Below, piece by piece: positions 24,001-35,352 of a stretch of 54,587 nucleotides of DNA; the first letter of the stretch is position 1; each line of letters starts with the position of its first letter. Position numbers and translations under genes: made by a program. Below the pieces are notes generated by a model, which worked only from the letters and a program-made list of their open reading frames with translations, did not search any database and was not told where the DNA came from. This DNA comes from Nemertoderma westbladi (Eukaryota > Animalia > Xenacoelomorpha), in NCBI GenBank assembly GCA_032718475.1, contig JAUCBJ010004725.1, forward strand, positions 1 to 54,587. Reading direction: 5' to 3'.

Positions 24001-25896
24001 GTGCATAACCCAGAACGGGATCTAGCCACATTATTTGATAGGGATAGTGAAGGCCTTTATGATCCTATGCTAGGTAACTCTCAGAAAGATAAACAGGCCC
24101 TTGCAGACTTAGAGGGATCAATTGTACTGAAGGATGGACGCTTCACTGCGAGAATGATTTGGAAGGATCCCTCTGCCATACTACCAAATAATGAGGCCAT
24201 GGCTAGAGATCGGCTGGCTAAATTAAAGCGCGCACTTATTCGCAAACCCAAACATAATGAGTTTGTCACAAAGACAATTGAAAAGTATTTGCAGAAGGGA
24301 TGGGCAATTAAGTTGCCACCAGACGTGCCTGACGCAACTCGAACATACTACCTTCCTCTTCATGTGGCTGTTGCCATTAACAAAGGAAACAAACGGCGGT
24401 TGGTTAACGATGCTGCGGCCAAATATCATGGGATGTCATTGAATGACTACCTATTGGAAGGACCTAATATTTATAATTTAGGCATCCATATTTTATTTAG
24501 ATATCGTGTGGGAAAATTTGCCTTCACAAGTGATGTGGAGGCAATGTTTTACCAAATCAGAGTGTATCAGGAAGACAGTGATAGCTTGCATTTCTTGTGG
24601 CATGATCATGACGAACCCAATGCTGAACCAAACAAGTATAAAATGATCATGCACATGTTCGGTGCAAAGTGTTCACCTTGTATTACAACACGAGTTATGC
24701 GTGAGTCGGCAAACATGGCTCCAGCTATCATTAGCGAACAGGCCAAGGACATGATTCGTAATGAGTTTTATGTAGATGACGGCCTAAAATCAGGTAATAG
24801 TGAAAAAGGTCTTGTAAGATTAGCCCGTGATGCTAAACTATGTTTAGCGGGGGGAGGGTTCAAACTCACAAAATTTAAATCGAACAGTGCATACTTCATG
24901 GAGCAGATGTCAGAAGAAATATCGGTTACAGTGTGTAAACAGGACACTGTAAGCGGGAGTGAACAGGAGGTGTCGGCGCAAGTAACAGGTGAGATGCCAG
25001 ACAGGGTGCTGATGGATCATCAGAATGCTGGAGAAGATGGACGAGTCTTGGGCATCGCCTGGAACCGAGTTAAGGACACGTTAAAGTATGTCTTTCAACC
25101 AGACAAGGACATTCAACATATAACAAGGGCCTATTTATCCTTCATCGCAAGGATTTATGATCCACTAGGATTGGTTGCGCCAAACATGGTTGTAGGGAGG
25201 CATATCCTCCGGGATGCATATTTAAGCAAGTGTGAATGGGACGAAGTGCTACAAGTGTTATTAGTTAGGTGGAAAGAGTGGTTGGTGGCCCTGGAGGATC
25301 TCCAGTGGCTCGCAATACCTAGGGTTTATTTCCAGGATGGAGATATGTCCAGTATAGAGATGCATGCGTTTTCAGACGCATCCTCTAAAGGGTATGGGGT
25401 GCTGGTGTATTTAAATCAAATAAACACTATGAACCCTCCACGGATAGTATACAGTAAAGCAAGAACCGCCCCATTAAAGGCAGTAACCATCCCACGTCTA
25501 GAATTAATGGCAGCCCTAATAGGAGTGCGAGTGGCAAATCAGGTAAGAAAGGCACTGGGGTGTGTGCTATCATCACACTACTGGACAGATTCAGCAACAG
25601 TCCTCCGGTACATCCAGAATGATGCACGTAGATATAAGGTATTTGTGGCTAATCGGGTTGATGAAATCCGAGCCACAACATGTTTGGACCAGTGGCATTA
25701 TTGCCCAACTGAAATAAATCCAGGTGACTTAGTGTCACGCGGTAGCCTAGAGGTCCCCTTTCTCGAGAAGGAAGCCTTATGGCAGCACGGACCCACTTTC
25801 TTGAAGAATGTAGCTGAGTGGCCTTTGTTCCCAGATTGTAAAGTGATAGATCCAGGGAAGGATGTCCCACCCCCAATCTCCTGGACATGCAAGTAG
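24001..25896 (+). pseudogene. BEL/Pao pol: RT plus RNase H, truncated before integrase
   Basis: RLVNDAAAK, SLNDYLLEGP, DVEAMFYQI, FGAKCSP, FYVDD, RIYDPLG, FSDAS. Confidence 0.9.
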
Positions 25897-27518
25897 TCTA
25901 TATGGCTATGAAGGGGCCAGAGGGGTTGGGATTGGTGGAGAACATGGGACATTGTGGAGCCGTGGCGATGGGCCAACTGATGGGGCTCGTCTGCCACAAA
26001 CCGATGGACTGGGGCAAGTTCCGAGAGGAATACGGAGCGGAACTTGCGAATTCGCTGAAATGGGGAGCGAGACCAGGAAAGCAGGAGGAATATCAGTTCC
26101 GAAGGGGAGCGATAAAGATATATCAGAAGAGATATATCTTACAGGAGGATTGGATAATGATAGGTTTATTAAACTTATTCATTGCCGTGGTTATCGGAAG
26201 AGAGCTGATGGCGTTTCTACTCTCAGGAGCACCTCTAAATCACAGGAGAGCCTTTAAGGTGGCCTTTGAGGGTCTTGTAGACCACCCGGGGCTGAAGGGC
26301 GAGTCGGTATACTATGATAGCCGACACCTAGTGGACAGAAAGGTGGACACACCGTACAAGAGGTGGAAGAAGTTGGAAGCGGATAGAGTCAAGGAGAGGA
26401 GACTGTAGGAGGTCGCGAGGAGAGAAAGGAGGGAAGCAGCAGAGAGATAAGCGGATATAAGGGGAGAGGAATACGAGTTTGAAGCCCAGAACCTGGACGA
26501 GCTGAGGTGGTGATCGGAGACCTCAGGCAAGTTTCTGGGGGACGAACTGGGATAAATGGAAGGATCACCGAAACAGTCGAGATTGGGATTGCAAGCAATG
26601 CCCATACCAGGGGGCTCCGAGGGCGATTTTGGAAGGGAGGGAGCTGGAGGGGTGGAAAGTCATGGGTGGAAACCAAGGTGGAAAGGGATATAGTGGATCT
26701 ACCGGGCTACCGGGTTCAGATCCACTCCCAGCAAGAGACGAAGATGACGACGAGTTCGGGGTGATGCCGCCGATAGAGAGAATTGCGACCCCAGTGGGGG
26801 AAGAGAAGGAGGACGAGTTTGGCGCGATGCCGCCAATTGCGAGGAGCGGCCACTCAGATACGGACTGGGTGGGCGGGAGGGTGGTGACGGCCAGCGGGGT
26901 GAGAGGGAGCACGGGGAGCCGGCGATGTATTTTGCGGCAAGTATGATCAGGTTCGGTGAGCAACCGGGAACGGCACCACGAGTAGTGTTTGGGGAGACGA
27001 TGCCGAGGGTGGAGGAAGACATCGACATGGGTAGGGACCACAGCATCCAGATGTTTGCCTATCAGCGGCTCCATAGACCCAGGAGACCAAGCGGGGCCAA
27101 GGACGACTTGGGGCGGGACGCATTGATACACGCCTGTGATTACTGTGGGAGACTAACCCACCAGGAAAAGAGCTGCCTGTATCGTTTCAAGAAGGGGACG
27201 GCCTGACTATACTGCCGCGAGTCGACCCATATGATGCGTGCATGTCCGAGGCTGCACAACCGATGCTCAAAGTGCAACTTGCAAGGGCACTTTGGGCGCC
27301 AATGCGATTGGATGGACGACGAAGAGGAGTTCAGGATCTTCGAGGAGTGGGCCGACAACGGTGTCATGACATGACAAAGGATGAAGGCCCAGGAGTTCTG
27401 GTGGGGCTTCTTTAATATCAACGCTGGAGCCCACCAGGAGATTATTAAGAGGAGACCACCATTCACATATCAGGAGGTAGCGACAGCGGCATCATATGGA
27501 GGAGTCATTGAAAAGTAG
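25860..27518 (+). pseudogene. GC/purine-rich decayed ORF of unknown family with three CCHC zinc knuckles
   Basis: Reading through TGA 27204: CDYCGRLTHQEKSC, (*)LYCRESTHMMRAC, CSKCNLQGHFGRQC, then FEEWADNGVMT*...WWGFF. Multiple stops and frameshifts upstream. Confidence 0.6.
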
Positions 27519-27853
27519 TTACTGGAAGTAAAGTATAATTAGTTATTCAAAAACTGTTATTATTCTAGAATTTTATTGCTGTAATAATGTTGGTGAGACT
27601 ATACTAAGTTTTGACATCAATGAACAACAATCAAATAATTATCATATTGGGTCTGTATTAATGCATCAAACTTTCGTTGCCAACTTTAATACAAACTATG
27701 TTGTTATATGTACAAATCCAAAGATGGTCTCAGTTTAAACCGGCAGTCAAATCAGTCAAAACTTAATACAAATCTATGGATTAATTAATATGTTATTTGT
27801 TATTGGAATTTGGAAAACACAAAACGTGTATTGAAATCCTCTAGTGAGGCAAG

Positions 27854-29545
27854 ATGCCAATTGAAACAGAAAATTGTCTACGTAAGATAAAGCGTACACA
27901 GAAGCAAATCGCGAGTTTGGGCGATTCCTTCGACCAATATGTCGCCGAGGATGCATCGGAGACCAACATTAAAACTGTTATCGTTAAGTTGGACGAGAAA
28001 GTCCAACATTTGGATGAATTGCTTCAAACATACAGTGATGGACTAGAAGAAGCTGATGCCTGGACCGAAGAAATTGAGAGCGAGGTTCAAGGATGGTTGG
28101 ACCAAGCTTCTAAAGATAATACGACAAGAAGAAGTTTGTATGATAGAATCCTCGTTCAACGTCGTGATAAATCTAGAGAACGACAAAGAGAAGCTGAAAA
28201 TCGTGCAGAGGATATCGAACAACGTCGCCACAGCCGGAGTTTACAATTTCGGGAAGGATTGCAAACCCGTAGTGAAACTGTGGATTCCATAGTCGATTAT
28301 TTTTATGAAACCTCAGAATATGGTGGTCATTTAGAAGAGCCGGGTAGAACTGAAGTTTTGCCGGTCGAAATTGTTGAGAATTTGGAAGATTATGTAAACA
28401 GTAATGATGAACTCAAAAACGGATTCCGACTTGTGATCTTAAACAATCGGTCCCCGATCCTGCTAATGTAGTTAATGATAATATAATTTGTGGGATTCGA
28501 GAAGGAATTGCCATAGGAATACAGGAGTTGGGTACAAAACTAAAAATTCAATCATCTCGTTCAGAAGATTCTGACCATAGAGCAAAGATTAAACTTGCTG
28601 CTTTCACCCCAAATGTCTGGGATGGTGATATAAATGAATTTCGCCATTATAAAAATTTATTTATTCAAACAATGAAGGATGCTCAATTAACGGATGATCA
28701 GTCTCAAATTGGTTGGGTGGTGAAGACTGTGCCATACGATTATCATGCACGTATAAAAGTTTGTGGAACTATGTTTGAAGTGTGGGAGATGTTTGATGAA
28801 GCAGTTCCTACTAATAACATTCTCAGTTCTATTCGTATGACTTTTAAGAAAATTCATTCTTTTGAGGATAAGGATGGAGATAAACTCGAACAATTCTCAA
28901 ATGCATTACGGGTATATATTCGTCAATTGAAAGAACTTGGTTATGAACATATAACAAAAGAGGATATTTTCTTTGATGAAGTGCAGTATAAATTACCAAG
29001 AGAAGTAATAATCGATTATAAAGCTGAATGTCGATTAAATGGTATAGGGAAATCTGCAGAAGGTCTGAGAAAGTTTGTCTCAAATTTAGTGAATGAATAT
29101 AAAAAGAAAAAGTTTAAAAAATGTGAAACAAAGAACAGCAATCCTACCTACTCAAAATCAAATAATTACTGAAAAGGAATCAGAACAAATGCTGTTAGGG
29201 GTATTATTGTTAGTAGTAGTTTTTCATCTGACTCTAATTCGAGAAAGAAATCAAGTGTTCAATCTAATTTCTTCTGTGATATTACTGGTTGCCCTGGTAA
29301 CCATTTTATCTACAACTGCCCATTGTATCTGGCAATGTCAATTTCGGCCAGAAAAGTATTCAATAAAGATAAAGACCGTTGCTATGGCTGTTTAGCAAAA
29401 GGTCACCGAGTTAGAGATTGTCCAATTAAAAAAGCCATGTGATCAATGCAATAGAAACCATAATTATCTTTTACACTAACATAGAGAACCAAGAAGTCAA
29501 ACAACTCAGCAACCTGTAGTTTCGTCATCGTCATTAAATCCAACT
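27854..29545 (+). pseudogene. Second, different BEL/Pao-like gag, degenerate
   Basis: Coiled-coil N-terminus, WDGDINEFRHYKNLF, and a BEL-type Cys/His cluster (HFIYNCP...RCYGCLAKGHRVRDC...H.YLLH) across frames. Confidence 0.72.
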
Positions 29546-29764
29546 GCAATGATCTCGAACAGAGACGCCAGATACCTTGGTGCAACATAGCTCTCGATTG
29601 CACCAAGGATGGGTAGCAATAACAGACCCAGGGGGGCGGTCTGGAAAGCCGACCCCGAGAAGAAAACTCCACCCCACATCCAATATTAGATTGGGTTCCA
29701 GCGGAATTGAAGCACACTTAAGTTTGATGCTATCTCCTCACAGGGAAGATAGCATGGGGGGGAG

Positions 29765-30417
29765 TGTAAGCGGATTCAATTCCATACATTACCCACCCAA
29801 AGTGGGACCAGTGGCATTTTACCAATATAGTTGGCGATACGAGATTACCAATAAATAATCTCGCCTCATAACCAACTCGGGGCGGCGACACACGCCCTAA
29901 GCCACAGAGAGAGGTGAGAGGTCAAACCACCTCAGAGGGAAAACCCAGCTAGCGAGGCTAGCACCAGGGGATAACACCTACAGGGAGTGGCCAAGTGACA
30001 ATTAGTATATAAGCCAATAGTGGGCAGGGAAGCACGCGGGGAAGGAAGGACAAGAGGGCATCCATTGCGTACCAAAGGCCACAGTAGTGTAGAGCTGAAA
30101 CCAATATGTATCAATCCTATAGTTACTCTGATTACTGATTTACCGGTCACTTGATTATCACACAGTTGCGGACCGACATAGTTTTGACCGTCATTTCATA
30201 TCGTAATTTATATTACTATACTGCTGCTGTTGTATTGCAATCTATATCGCCATTTTATATTAGACTGTGCTATTATCACTGGAATTATCAATACTGAGGA
30301 ACAAACTCTATTTTTTCCCCCAACGGCCTTCGGCCAAAGATATTAGCCCAGCAGCCCAGCAGCCAAGTGACGCGTACAACCTTACCCGGTCGGGATCTCA
30401 GAGTCAATCCCTTCACA
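29765..30417 (+). mobile_element. LTR (TG...CA, 653 bp) preceded by a polypurine tract
   Basis: GGGGGGAG|TGTAAGCGG start and CCCTTCACA end. The start boundary is independently marked by the inverted related copy ending exactly at TTACA 30581. Confidence 0.7.
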
Positions 30418-30422
30418 TGGTT

Positions 30423-30581
30423 TGATCTCTCAGCTCTCTTTGTGGCTTACGGCGTGTGTCGCCCCAGTTGGTTATGAGGTGAGATTATTGTTGGTAATCT
30501 CACCTCGCCAACTATATTGGTAAAATGCCTGCCACTAATCCCATTTTCGGTGGGTAGTGCACGGAATTGAATCCGCTTACA
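30423..30581 (-). mobile_element. Diverged partial LTR of the same family, inverted
   Basis: Reverse complement aligns to 29765-~29920. Confidence 0.75.
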
Positions 30582-31761
30582 GAATTATCATTACCCACTA
30601 TACCACCTCATCTAATTTAATAGTAAATAGCTACAGTAGGTTAAAGAAATAAATAAGGCGGATAAAATCAACATGTAAATCTCGGGAAAATAACAAATTA
30701 TAAAAAACAACAAACACAAATCTCACACTGTACATTTACAGTAAATAACACTATCTAATTATGCGCCATGTTATGTTGTAAAAGCGATAGTATAAAGGAA
30801 TGAAACAAAAGAAAACATATTTGGCAGAAACGAGAAAATAATTACCGAAATATATATTAATTATTAAATTGACTAAATAAAATAATTACTGTATAGTTCC
30901 GTTAACCTCGTTTTTTTATTATTTCATATTTCAATTAATAAAAGGTATAGGTAGTAATAAAAATCAAATTTAATTTGTATTTAGCAATAACTGTATCCAC
31001 AGTGTGAATACAGTATAATGGTATGTGCAGAATTAGTAATGCATTAATTAGATAGCGTTGAAATCTCGAAGAAACTTCAAGATAATCTTTAGAAAATAAC
31101 AAATTAATAATACCAATAAACACAGAGCTTATACACTTACAGTGAATATTCACACTTTCTAATAGCGCGCCATGTTATGGTGTAACTTCAGAGATTACTA
31201 CAATTATTATTTATGAAAATGACAGTTGTAATTAAAAACTTGTCTCTTTAGTTACGTTAAACCTCGTTTTGTATATATATTTTTTTAAATTGATAATAAA
31301 ATTTAATTTTATATACTTTACAATTACAATAAATGATAAAGTATATACTATAAATTACAATAAAAATATAATAATATACTGTAATACAGCAAAAGGGTAG
31401 GTGCACCACCCTTACATCCGGGGTGTTCTAAAAAACCTTCCGGGATGGCTTTACAAATACTGTAGGGCCTACGCCTACTGTACATTAGTAATACTAATAA
31501 TACTGAAGCGTTAGCAATTCGATTTACACATTGCGATAATAAAATTAAAACAAACTCAAAATCTACGAAACGAAATTACCAATTGCGAAAAACAAAACGG
31601 TGAATGAAAATGAACAATTTCTAAAAACACTACAGAATCTGGTATACAGGTATATAAGGTCTACAAGCCTATGCAAACAGTGAGAATAACCAAGTTACTG
31701 AGATTGGTTGACTTGGTAAATAATGGATGTCGTCACAGTTGTTTTTGAAATGAATTACTTA

Positions 31762-34700
31762 TTACCAGACGGTACATTTTTTGGTAGGATTCATCGGGCT
31801 GTCTTTGGGACAACTGTAAACCTTGCTGAATTCGTAAGAGTTGGACAAACTGCCGACCACTCTCCACTTTGCTGGGCTGTGCTGGTCGGTCTTAAGATTA
31901 AAAATGGCCGCCCCCTTGGTAGCCGAGTAGCACCAGTTCTGTGCGAAGCTGAGGAAAAACAACTGCTCGTTATTAAGCTGCAGGGCGGGCAGCTGTTTCT
32001 CTTCACCGTTCTGTTCCACCCAGGTTCGGTAGGCGAGGAAGGAACTCTTTAAACCACCATTATCCGCGATGTTCTCGCCCAGCGTTAAGTTGCCGTTAAC
32101 ATTTTCTCCATGCACTGTATAGGCACTGTACTGCTCCCTCATACAGTCTGCCTTTTTGTCGAACTTAGAGATCGAATCGTTGCTCCACCATCGGCGTAGT
32201 AAGAAATCATTGACATTGTGTTTTCGTCCCTTGGAGTCGCAACCGTGAATCAACTCATGTCCCATGACTGATCCAATACCACCGAAGTTGAGCGCTTTGT
32301 GGAAGGATTTATCGTAGAACGGGGTCTGGAGGATGCCGGCTGGGTAAAACAATGCATTGAGTGGAGCATAGTAAAACGCATTAACGGAGGCCGGGCTGAT
32401 GCTGATGCCTGGTGCTACAAGATCCCAGTTATTTCTATCTTCCAACGCGTCCCGCAGCTTAATCAAGTTATTTTTAAATGCAAATATCTTTAATTTCCAA
32501 TTGTTATTAAGGAATTCATCTTTTTTCATATCCAAAGACTTATATTTCTTATTTAGGGAGGATCTATCGAGAATAAAGTCCGGGTAACCGAGTAACTTCA
32601 CCATCATCTTGGCTTTCCGCTCGGTTTTGTTCAATGTATCGGCATCGAGCCAGGCCACCTGTGGTAGATTCTCTATGAAAGCATCTCGGATTCCATCAAT
32701 CATCTTTGAAGCATCTTCCTTACTAGCCTTATCAATTCGTCTCTCTACAAACAAAGCTCCCATCGCATAAGGGAAACTATTATCTGTTTGTTTGACACAA
32801 CTCTTCCAGTTTGATTTCTGAAAATCATCAGAAAGATATTTATCACTTTTACTTATAGTCCGTAAAAACATGTAGTGTTCAACTACAGCTGAATCAGTAT
32901 GATTCATAATTTCATTTAACCCTTTCAAATATTCCAAGGAATACACAACAACTTCTTCCTTTGATGTGGGGCGAGCCACGAAGTTGGCGGAGCCTTAGCG
33001 AATTGACACTGTTAGGGGGTGGGTCAATTTATGCAAATAGTTGTCGTCGTCGTCGTCGTCGTCGTTGTCGTCGTCGTCGTTGTCGTCGTCGTCGTTGTCG
33101 TCGTCGTTACGATTTTGACATGCTAATAACTTTGTCGGATTTAAAGCTGCCAAGTTGAAAATTTGTAGGTATCAATATAAGCAAAAGTTGAGATTTTTGA
33201 GAGACTTTCAGACACCATCAGTGCAATGGTCTCCCGCTAGAGGGCCACATGTCTAAACATTAAATGGCCACCCATTTCTTTGCTTTTAATCCGTTTAAGC
33301 TGAAACTTGGGAAGTATGTACTAGACCATTAGCTGTAAATTTCAAAGGAGGCTAATCTGTCTGCAGTTCTCCAGTCTGCCGCTAGAGGGCGAAATGTCCC
33401 GAATGTGAAATTATTCTTCCATTTAGTTGTTTATGATCTGATTACGCTGAAACTTGTCATATATGTACTAGATGACATCCTGAGTCTTTGTGTGGATTGT
33501 AATCGGTCCGAAGTTTTCCAGTCTCCCGCTAGAGGGCCACATGTCTAAACATTAAATGGCCACCCATTTCTTTGCTTTTAATCCGTTTAAGCTGAAACTT
33601 GGGAAGTATGTACTAGACCATTAGCTGTAAATTTCAAAGGAGGCTAATCTGTCTGCAGTTCTCCAGTCTGCCGCTAGAGGGCGAAATGTCCCGAATGTGA
33701 AATTATTCTTCCATTTAGTTGTTTATGATCTGATTACGCTGAAACTTGTCATATATGTACTAGAAGACATCCTAAGTCTTTGTGTGGACAGTAATCGGTC
33801 CGGAGTTTTCGAGTCTGCCGCTAGAGGGCGAAATGTAGGAAAGTGATAACCTTTGCGAATTCCTTGATCTTAATCTATTTAAGCTGAATTTTGGAATATA
33901 CAGTACCGGTATGTACTAGACCACATGCCTCGTCTTTGTGAGGAAGGTGATCGATCCGTAGTTCTTTAATATGCCGCTAGAGGGCTAAATGTATGAAAGT
34001 GAAAACCTTCCAACATTTCGTTATTTATGATCCGTCAATCGGAAACTTGGTAGATATGTAATAGACCATAGGCTGTGGCTTTGTAGGGAAACTAATCCTT
34101 CCTTCTTCAGTTACCCAGTCTCCCGCTAGAGGGTTAACGTTTTCCGGGAAAATCTTCTCCTATGTTTTTATAATCCTTTCGAGTTGATACTTAGCATTAA
34201 CTCATTTCACGTGCTGCGCGAAGGCCCCACTTCGTGTTATTGTATATCCAACAAGATTAAATATATGTTGCAATAAATCCAGCCACTTAACAACGGGAGC
34301 TTCTTCCTGGAGATCTTCGATTGTCATTTTTCGATAGTTTCTTTCAATAAGACTCATATTACCTTTTATGAAAGGATGGGCTTTGCTTAGGTCAGTGAAT
34401 TCCCTCGCGAACTTTTTATACCCTTCTATTTCCAACAAATCCTCTATATAATTCGATAGGTTACTCCATGTTTTGTCCCATGTTTTGTCATTATCTATGG
34501 ATTTATTTAAATAAAATAGGGGTTCATCAACATCGTGAGATTCTTTGACAATGGTGATTACTTGAACATCAGTGTTCATAGGATCTATTGACGAACCCAT
34601 ACCTATTAAAGGCAGTCCAGGTAGATTCATGGCAAGCACTGATAAGTTCGTGAACATCGTTTTTAGCAGATCTGTTAACTCTTCCTTCGATGTACTACCA

Positions 34701-35320
34701 TTAGACTCAGACCCGGGCGATTCCAAGTTCTTAAAGTTGTTTTGGATTATCTCTCTCAGGGGTTTTCCACCCAATTTGACTTTTGCACTTTCATCCATAC
34801 AGGAGAGATAATATCTATGAGCTTTACCTATTGCATCATCCTCGCTGGTATAATTCCCTCTGGCCGTTATTTCATCCAACATAGACTTTAGCAATATCTT
34901 GGTTTCAAGGCGTTTCTTATCCATTGAATCCAATAAGTCCATATCGGGTGGAATAGGGTTATTATTGATCCAGCCCCCACATGCATAGTTGTAGAAATCC
35001 TGACAGGGATCGACCGAGGTGTTCATATTAGCCCAGATGGAGGATGCCATGTAAATGCACTCGGGGGTCAGACATAATGCCTCACTACTTGAGCCTCCAA
35101 TGGCGAGAACGATAACTAATGCTGCTACTATCAGTACCAGAAGTAAAATTATCCCAATTAATATATTCCTTAGAGTCAAATAACGTCGCACAATGGGGCT
35201 AGAACATTTGGGAATGTTTATCTCTACCCTGTCCTCATCGGGAATTTCAACTTCTGCTCTCTCAATCTGTCGTCTGTCATTATATTCCTTGACTTTGATT
35301 GAACTTGTTTGCGATGTCAT
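31762..35320 (-). pseudogene. M13 neprilysin/ECE-like peptidase, copy A, disrupted by a 1270-bp insertion
   Basis: ORFs 34202-35320 and 31762-32979 join to give the protein of 49043-51331 when 32968-34237 is removed. Confidence 0.92.
32968..34237 (+). mobile_element. DINE-1/HINE-like non-autonomous element with internal ~146-bp tandem repeats
   Basis: Absent from copy B. Short subterminal inverted repeat GTGGGGC/GCCCCAC, (GTC)n microsatellite at 33043-33106, seven monomers each with CCGCTAGAGGG, TGT at both junctions. The Helentron assignment is an inference from architecture. Confidence 0.8.
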
Positions 35321-35352
35321 TCTGTTATATTTTTCGACAACTTTATAATATA

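Larger units (their letters stand above)
17006..25896 (+). mobile_element. Degenerate BEL/Pao LTR retrotransposon internal region (gag-PR-RT-RH), interrupted by RTE and L2/CR1 insertions; integrase absent
   Basis: gag N-terminus with ISPEDSVSQV; DUF1759-like gag 21703-22914; knuckle CGNCGEPGHLARDC; protease ALIDNGS (~23416); RT with FYVDDG; Pao RNase H motifs FSDAS, TIPRLEL, WTDS, NPGDLVSRG. Several frameshifts and stops. Confidence 0.9.

Noticed and set aside
27204-27206. Selenocysteine UGA at a zinc-knuckle Cys position
   Set aside because: The ORF has other stops and frameshifts and no SECIS was recognised; a TGY>TGA mutation is simpler.
31723-32052. Plus-strand ORFs overlapping the peptidase (also 48989-49333) and the many short antisense ORFs over TE genes
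   Set aside because: Shadow frames with no recognisable domains.
32961-33158. Arg-rich protamine-like ORF
   Set aside because: Translation of the (GTC)n microsatellite in the inserted element; ORFs 5225-5440 and 16610-16804 are likewise repeat translations.
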